A stretch of 32,000 bases of DNA from Wigglesworthia glossinidia endosymbiont of Glossina morsitans morsitans (Yale colony). GTDB lineage: Bacteria; Pseudomonadota; Gammaproteobacteria; Enterobacterales; Enterobacteriaceae. The notes below the pieces were generated by a model. That model was not told where the DNA came from and searched no databases. It worked only from the letters and a program-made list of their open reading frames with translations. Below are positions 28,442-32,000 of the stretch, in pieces. The first letter of the stretch is position 1, and each line of letters begins with the position of its first letter. The translations under genes and the position numbers were made by a program. Location: contig NC_016893.1 in the NCBI RefSeq assembly GCF_000247565.1, positions 450,001 to 482,000 on the forward strand. Direction: 5' to 3'.

Positions 28442-29512
28442 TTATAATACATTTACTACGTTGAGTTGATAAAATATTTTTTCTAATTTTTTAATCATAG
28501 AAATTTGTGCACATCTTAGCCAATTTCTAGGATCATAAAATTTTTTGTTTGGACAATCTTTCCCTTCTGGATTACCGAGTTGGGATTGTAAATAATTTTT
28601 ATTTTTTTTGTAAAAGTTTAATATTCCTTTCCAAGTAGCCCATTGAGTATCTGTATCGATATTTATTTTTACTACTCCATATTTAATTGCAAGTTGAATA
28701 TCTGCAATACTTGATCCTGATCCACCATGAAATACAAAATTCAACGGATATTTATTTAAACCAAATTTTTTAGAAACATATTGTTGAGATAATTTTAAAA
28801 TCTTTGGTTTTAATTTAATATTTCCAAAACGATATACTCCGTGACAATTGCCAAAAGATGCAGCAATAATAAAATTAGATCCAATTTTTTTTAAATTTTC
28901 ATACGCGTATTTTACATCTTCGGGTTTAGTATATAACTTGGAATGATGTAAATTTTGATTGTTTATTCCATCTTCTTCTCCTCCTGTACATCCTAATTCA
29001 ATTTCAAGCATCATATTTAATTCACGCATTTTTTTTAAATATTGACTGCTAATTTTAATATTTTCTTTTAAAGGTTCCAAAGATAAATCGATCATATGTG
29101 ATGAAAATAAAGGTTTTCCGGTATTTTTAAAATTTTTTTCTCCTGCTATTATTAGAGAATCTATCCACGGTAACATTGCTTTAGAACAATGATCTGTATG
29201 CAATATTACTGGAATATTATAATGTTTTGCAATATTATGTACATGCAATGCTCCTGATATTGCGCCTAATATTGATCCTTGTTTAGAATTCATTTGTTTT
29301 CCTGCAATAAAAGATGCTCCACTATAAGAAAATTGAATAATCACGGGAGAACGTAATTTAGAAGCAACTTCTAAGGATGCATTAATTGAATCTGTCCCGA
29401 TACAGTTTATTGCAGGTATAGCAAAACCTTGTGTTTTTGCAATAGTGAATAGTTGTTTTATTTTATCTCCGAATATTACTCCGGATCCAATTAATTTTAA
29501 AATATTTGGCAT
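28442..29512 (-). CDS. fbaA: fructose-bisphosphate aldolase, class II
   Basis: 356 aa, collinear with E. coli FbaA (359 aa). Motifs include PVILHTDHC, LFSSHMIDLS, LEIELGCTGGEEDG, FHGGSGS and NIDTDTQWA. Confidence 0.98.
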   Translation of the reverse strand: MPNILKLIGSGVIFGDKIKQLFTIAKTQGFAIPAINCIGTDSINASLEVASKLRSPVIIQFSYSGASFIAGKQMNSKQGSILGAISGALHVHNIAKHYNIPVILHTDHCSKAMLPWIDSLIIAGEKNFKNTGKPLFSSHMIDLSLEPLKENIKISSQYLKKMRELNMMLEIELGCTGGEEDGINNQNLHHSKLYTKPEDVKYAYENLKKIGSNFIIAASFGNCHGVYRFGNIKLKPKILKLSQQYVSKKFGLNKYPLNFVFHGGSGSSIADIQLAIKYGVVKINIDTDTQWATWKGILNFYKKNKNYLQSQLGNPEGKDCPNKKFYDPRNWLRCAQISMIKKLEKIFYQLNVVNVL

Positions 29513-29571
29513 AAAAATTTAAGCTCTTTAAATAAAATTAGTTAAATAAAAGATGTATATGAAATTGTATA

Positions 29572-30738
29572 TTATGTAATATGCAAATTTTCCAGTGCTA
29601 ATAAGCTTGGTAAAGTTTGAGTTTCAATAAATTTTAATAATGCTCCTCCTCCAGTAGATACATATGAAAATAAATTTAAAATACCAAATTTATGAGCTGC
29701 TAATATTGTTTCTCCTCCTCCAATAATAGATAAAACATTTTTTTTTACAATATTTTGTGCTATTTTTTTAGTTCCTGAACATTGGTGATTAAATTCAAAA
29801 CATCCTAAAGATCCATTCCAAAAAATTGTTTTTGCTGTATTTAATATTTTAATAAATTCTTTACAAGAACGCTTTCCTATATCTACTATATAATCTTCAT
29901 TATCTATTTTTGAGATAGGTTTTTCAATTAAATTATAAAATTGATTATTTTTAATAATTTTTACATCTTTTGGCAATACAAGATTATCTTGAATTTTTAA
30001 AAGAAATTCTGCTTTTTTAATATAATTTAGTTCTTTTAAAGATTTTCCAATGCTATATCCTTGTGATAATAAAAACGTATTAGCAATTCCGCCTCCAATT
30101 ATAATTTTATCGGAAATCTTCGATAATTTTTTAATTACATTAAATTTAGTTGCGATTTTAGATCCTCCGAGAACTGTGACAACTGGACGTTCTGAATTTC
30201 TTAAAACTTTTTTGAGATATTTTATTTCTTTTTTAAAAAGTATCCCAATACAACTTTGAGGTGCAAATTTAATTATGCCATATGTAGATGATTCTAGTCG
30301 ATGTGAAGCTCCAAATGCATCCATAACAAATATATCACATAAGTTAGCGTATTTTTTTGACAATATTATGTCGTTATTTTTTTCGCCTTTATTAAAGCGT
30401 ACATTTTCTAATACTAAAAGTTCATCTCTTCGTGATTCAAAACCATTCAAGTAGTTTCTAACTAATCTTACCGGATAATGAATATATTTTTGTAATATTT
30501 TAACGATTGGTTGTAAAGAATATTTTTTATTATATTTTTCGTCTTTAGGTCTTCCAAGATGTGATACAACAATTACAGATTTGGCATGACTTTTTAAAGC
30601 AAAATCTATTGTCGCAATAGATTTTTGAATTCGTATATCACAAATAACCTTGTTGTTTTGAATTGGAACATTAAAATCAGTACGTATTAATATTGATTTA
30701 TTTTTTAAATAAAAATCAGTTATGCATGGAATTTTCAT
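29572..30738 (-). CDS. pgk: phosphoglycerate kinase
   Basis: 388 aa. Motifs RTDFNVP, SHLGRP, ENVRFNKGE, DAFGASHR, and GGGE/GGGA near the C-terminus. The pgk-fbaA order matches E. coli. Confidence 0.98.
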   Translation of the reverse strand: MKIPCITDFYLKNKSILIRTDFNVPIQNNKVICDIRIQKSIATIDFALKSHAKSVIVVSHLGRPKDEKYNKKYSLQPIVKILQKYIHYPVRLVRNYLNGFESRRDELLVLENVRFNKGEKNNDIILSKKYANLCDIFVMDAFGASHRLESSTYGIIKFAPQSCIGILFKKEIKYLKKVLRNSERPVVTVLGGSKIATKFNVIKKLSKISDKIIIGGGIANTFLLSQGYSIGKSLKELNYIKKAEFLLKIQDNLVLPKDVKIIKNNQFYNLIEKPISKIDNEDYIVDIGKRSCKEFIKILNTAKTIFWNGSLGCFEFNHQCSGTKKIAQNIVKKNVLSIIGGGETILAAHKFGILNLFSYVSTGGGALLKFIETQTLPSLLALENLHIT

Positions 30739-31121
30739 ACGAAATTGTAAATAATAATATTAGATATATATTAGAATATATCATTTTTAAAATTTAAATA
30801 CTTATAAAAAAATTTTAAAATATTTGTAGATTAAAATAAAGTTGAATTTTTCTTAAATTCGTTTAAAATTTAATAAATTTTAATTTTTAAAATATTTTTG
30901 ATCTATTAATTATATTTAGCAAACTAGAATTATTTATCGTATACAACTAATTATATCATAATATATAAATAAGAAACATCGATATAAATTTTAAAAAAAT
31001 TAATAAGATTTTTAATTTTTTATAAAGTTAAATAAAAATTTAGAAAAATCTAATTTAGATACATTATTATGAAACAAAGTTTTCAATAATATAAAAATTT
31101 TATTTTAACTATATCAATACA

Positions 31122-31130
31122 TGATATAAT
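31122..31130 (+). promoter_or_regulatory. candidate extended -10 promoter element for trxA
   Basis: TGATATAAT is a perfect TGnTATAAT match, 30 nt upstream of the trxA ATG on the correct strand. Such matches occur by chance in DNA this AT-rich, so confidence is low. Confidence 0.3.
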
Positions 31131-31159
31131 ATCATAATATTATTAAAAATGGATTTAAG

Positions 31160-31501
31160 ATGGATTATCAAGATAATATTCAAGAAATTAATGACAATGA
31201 TTTTAATATAGTAGTATTACAATCTAAAAGTCCTGTTTTAGTTGATTTTTGGGCAGAATGGTGTTCTCCATGTAAATCTATGATTCCTATTTTACAAGAT
31301 ATATCAAAGAAGTATGTTAAAAAATTAAAATTAGTCAAAATAAATATAGAGAAAAATGCAATTATTCAAGAAAAATATCTAATTCGAAGCATACCCACTT
31401 TACTATTGTTTTTTAATCAAAATTTATTAGGAACTAAAATTGGAGTATCTTCGCAAAAAGAATTAGAATTTTTTATTGATAGCTATTTAAAAAAATTGTA
31501 G
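31160..31501 (+). CDS. trxA: thioredoxin 1 (active site CSPC instead of CGPC)
   Basis: 113 aa, collinear with E. coli TrxA. VLVDFWAEWCSPCK versus ILVDFWAEWCGPCK, and the cis-Pro region IRSIPTLLLF versus IRGIPTLLLF. Confidence 0.95.
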   Translation: MDYQDNIQEINDNDFNIVVLQSKSPVLVDFWAEWCSPCKSMIPILQDISKKYVKKLKLVKINIEKNAIIQEKYLIRSIPTLLLFFNQNLLGTKIGVSSQKELEFFIDSYLKKL

Positions 31502-31757
31502 TTTATTGATTTAAATATATAAAATAAAAACAAAGTAAAAATATTTTTTTTATTTAAATTTTTTATATAAACTTAAATTAAAAAAAAATACTGAAAATAT
31601 AATTAATATTATGTTTAAATTTATCAGTACGTAAGTTCATGTAAAAATAGTATAGTATAAAAAATTTTAATTTTTTCTAAAATTAGAATAAAAACTTTAT
31701 ATCAAGTGATTTAAAATATGATTATAAATCAATACCCGTCACCATCATTTCATGATT

Positions 31758-32000
31758 ATGAATCTTACCGAACTAAAAAATAAGCCGGTTTCAGACTTAG
31801 TTACTCTCGGCGAAAATATGGGATTAGAAAACCTTGCTCGCATGCGTAAACAAGATATTATTTTTGCTACCTTAAAACAACACGCTAAAAGTGGAGAAGA
31901 TATTTTTGGCGATGGCGTATTAGAAATATTACAAGATGGCTTTGGATTTTTACGATCAAGTGATAGCTCATATCTTGCCGGTCCAGATGATATTTATGTT
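31758..32000 (+). CDS. rho: transcription termination factor Rho, 5' end only (continues beyond the window)
   Basis: The frame is open to the window end. MNLTELKNKPVSDLVTLGENMGLENLARMRKQDIIFATLKQHAKSGEDIFGDGVLEILQDGFGFLRSSDSSYLAGPDDIYV is nearly identical to the E. coli Rho N-terminus. It follows trxA as in E. coli. An in-frame ATG two codons upstream (31752) is an alternative start. Confidence 0.97.
   Translation, partial: MNLTELKNKPVSDLVTLGENMGLENLARMRKQDIIFATLKQHAKSGEDIFGDGVLEILQDGFGFLRSSDSSYLAGPDDIYV

Noticed and set aside
231-30259. Antisense and overlapping ORFs from the six-frame track: 231-485(+), 837-1124(+), 8603-8788(-), 9973-10212(-), 11785-12033(-), 15524-15745(-), 23691-23879(+), 23783-23977(+), 23914-24135(+), 25259-25552(+), 25916-26128(+), 30050-30259(+).
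   Set aside because: Each lies wholly or mostly opposite a strongly conserved, full-length housekeeping gene (murA, aceE, lpdA, thiD, accD, truA/pdxB, pdxB, pgk). Their translations are low-complexity with no recognisable motifs. They are shadow ORFs.
31718-31783. A 21-codon upstream ORF (MIINQYPSPSFHDYESYRTKK) overlaps the rho start, and a relatively C-rich patch (31734-31750) lies in the trxA-rho spacer. Together they could be a rhoL-like leader or rut-like attenuator.
   Set aside because: It has no similarity to E. coli RhoL. A 21-codon open frame has roughly a 10% chance here, and part of it is simply the out-of-frame reading of conserved rho codons. It cannot be supported from sequence alone and would need ribosome profiling or interstrain conservation.
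1-32000. A search for CRISPR arrays, IS elements or transposases, integrases, phage genes, toxin-antitoxin pairs, restriction or defence genes, long direct or tandem repeats, and GC-rich intergenic islands that could be ncRNAs.
   Set aside because: None were found. Every ORF of 60 aa or more is either a recognisable core-metabolism or envelope gene or a shadow ORF. Intergenic DNA is uniformly AT-rich, and the only structured GC-containing RNA genes are the three tRNAs. I therefore do not report a novel system in this window.

Overview
The window is extremely AT-rich (roughly 80% A+T by eye), gene-dense and free of repeats. It looks like the reduced genome of a gammaproteobacterial (Enterobacterales-derived) insect endosymbiont. 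I count 32 protein-coding genes: 30 complete, plus purC and rho cut by the window edges. lptB is frameshifted, and nlpD appears split from its N-terminal fragment, which I list as a separate feature. There is also a glyW-cysT-leuZ-type tRNA cluster.

Almost every gene has a clear E. coli ortholog, and several E. coli microsyntenies survive: ibaG-murA, lptC-lptA-lptB, aceE-aceF-lpdA, lgt-thyA, pgsA-tRNAs, ubiX-purF-cvpA-folC-accD-truA-pdxB, surE..nlpD, pgk-fbaA and trxA-rho.

The window combines LPS and envelope genes (murA, kdsD, lptCAB, lgt), a flagellar regulator (flgM) and many cofactor genes (nadC, thiD, folE, folC, pdxB, ubiX, metK). Together with the ~20% G+C content, this resembles a tsetse-type nutritional symbiont such as Wigglesworthia. 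That is an inference I cannot verify without a database search.

I find no mobile elements, CRISPR array, defence or toxin island, or multi-gene cluster of unknown function, so I do not claim a novel system. The observations most worth a second look are:
- Two envelope genes, lptB and nlpD, are interrupted exactly at long poly(A) tracts. Adding one A to the mRNA would restore either gene, which makes them candidates for transcriptional slippage.
- An orphan flgM.
- An inverted lptCAB block.
- A two-lipoyl-domain AceF whose second domain is degenerate.
- A CSPC active site in thioredoxin.
- tRNA genes without an encoded CCA.
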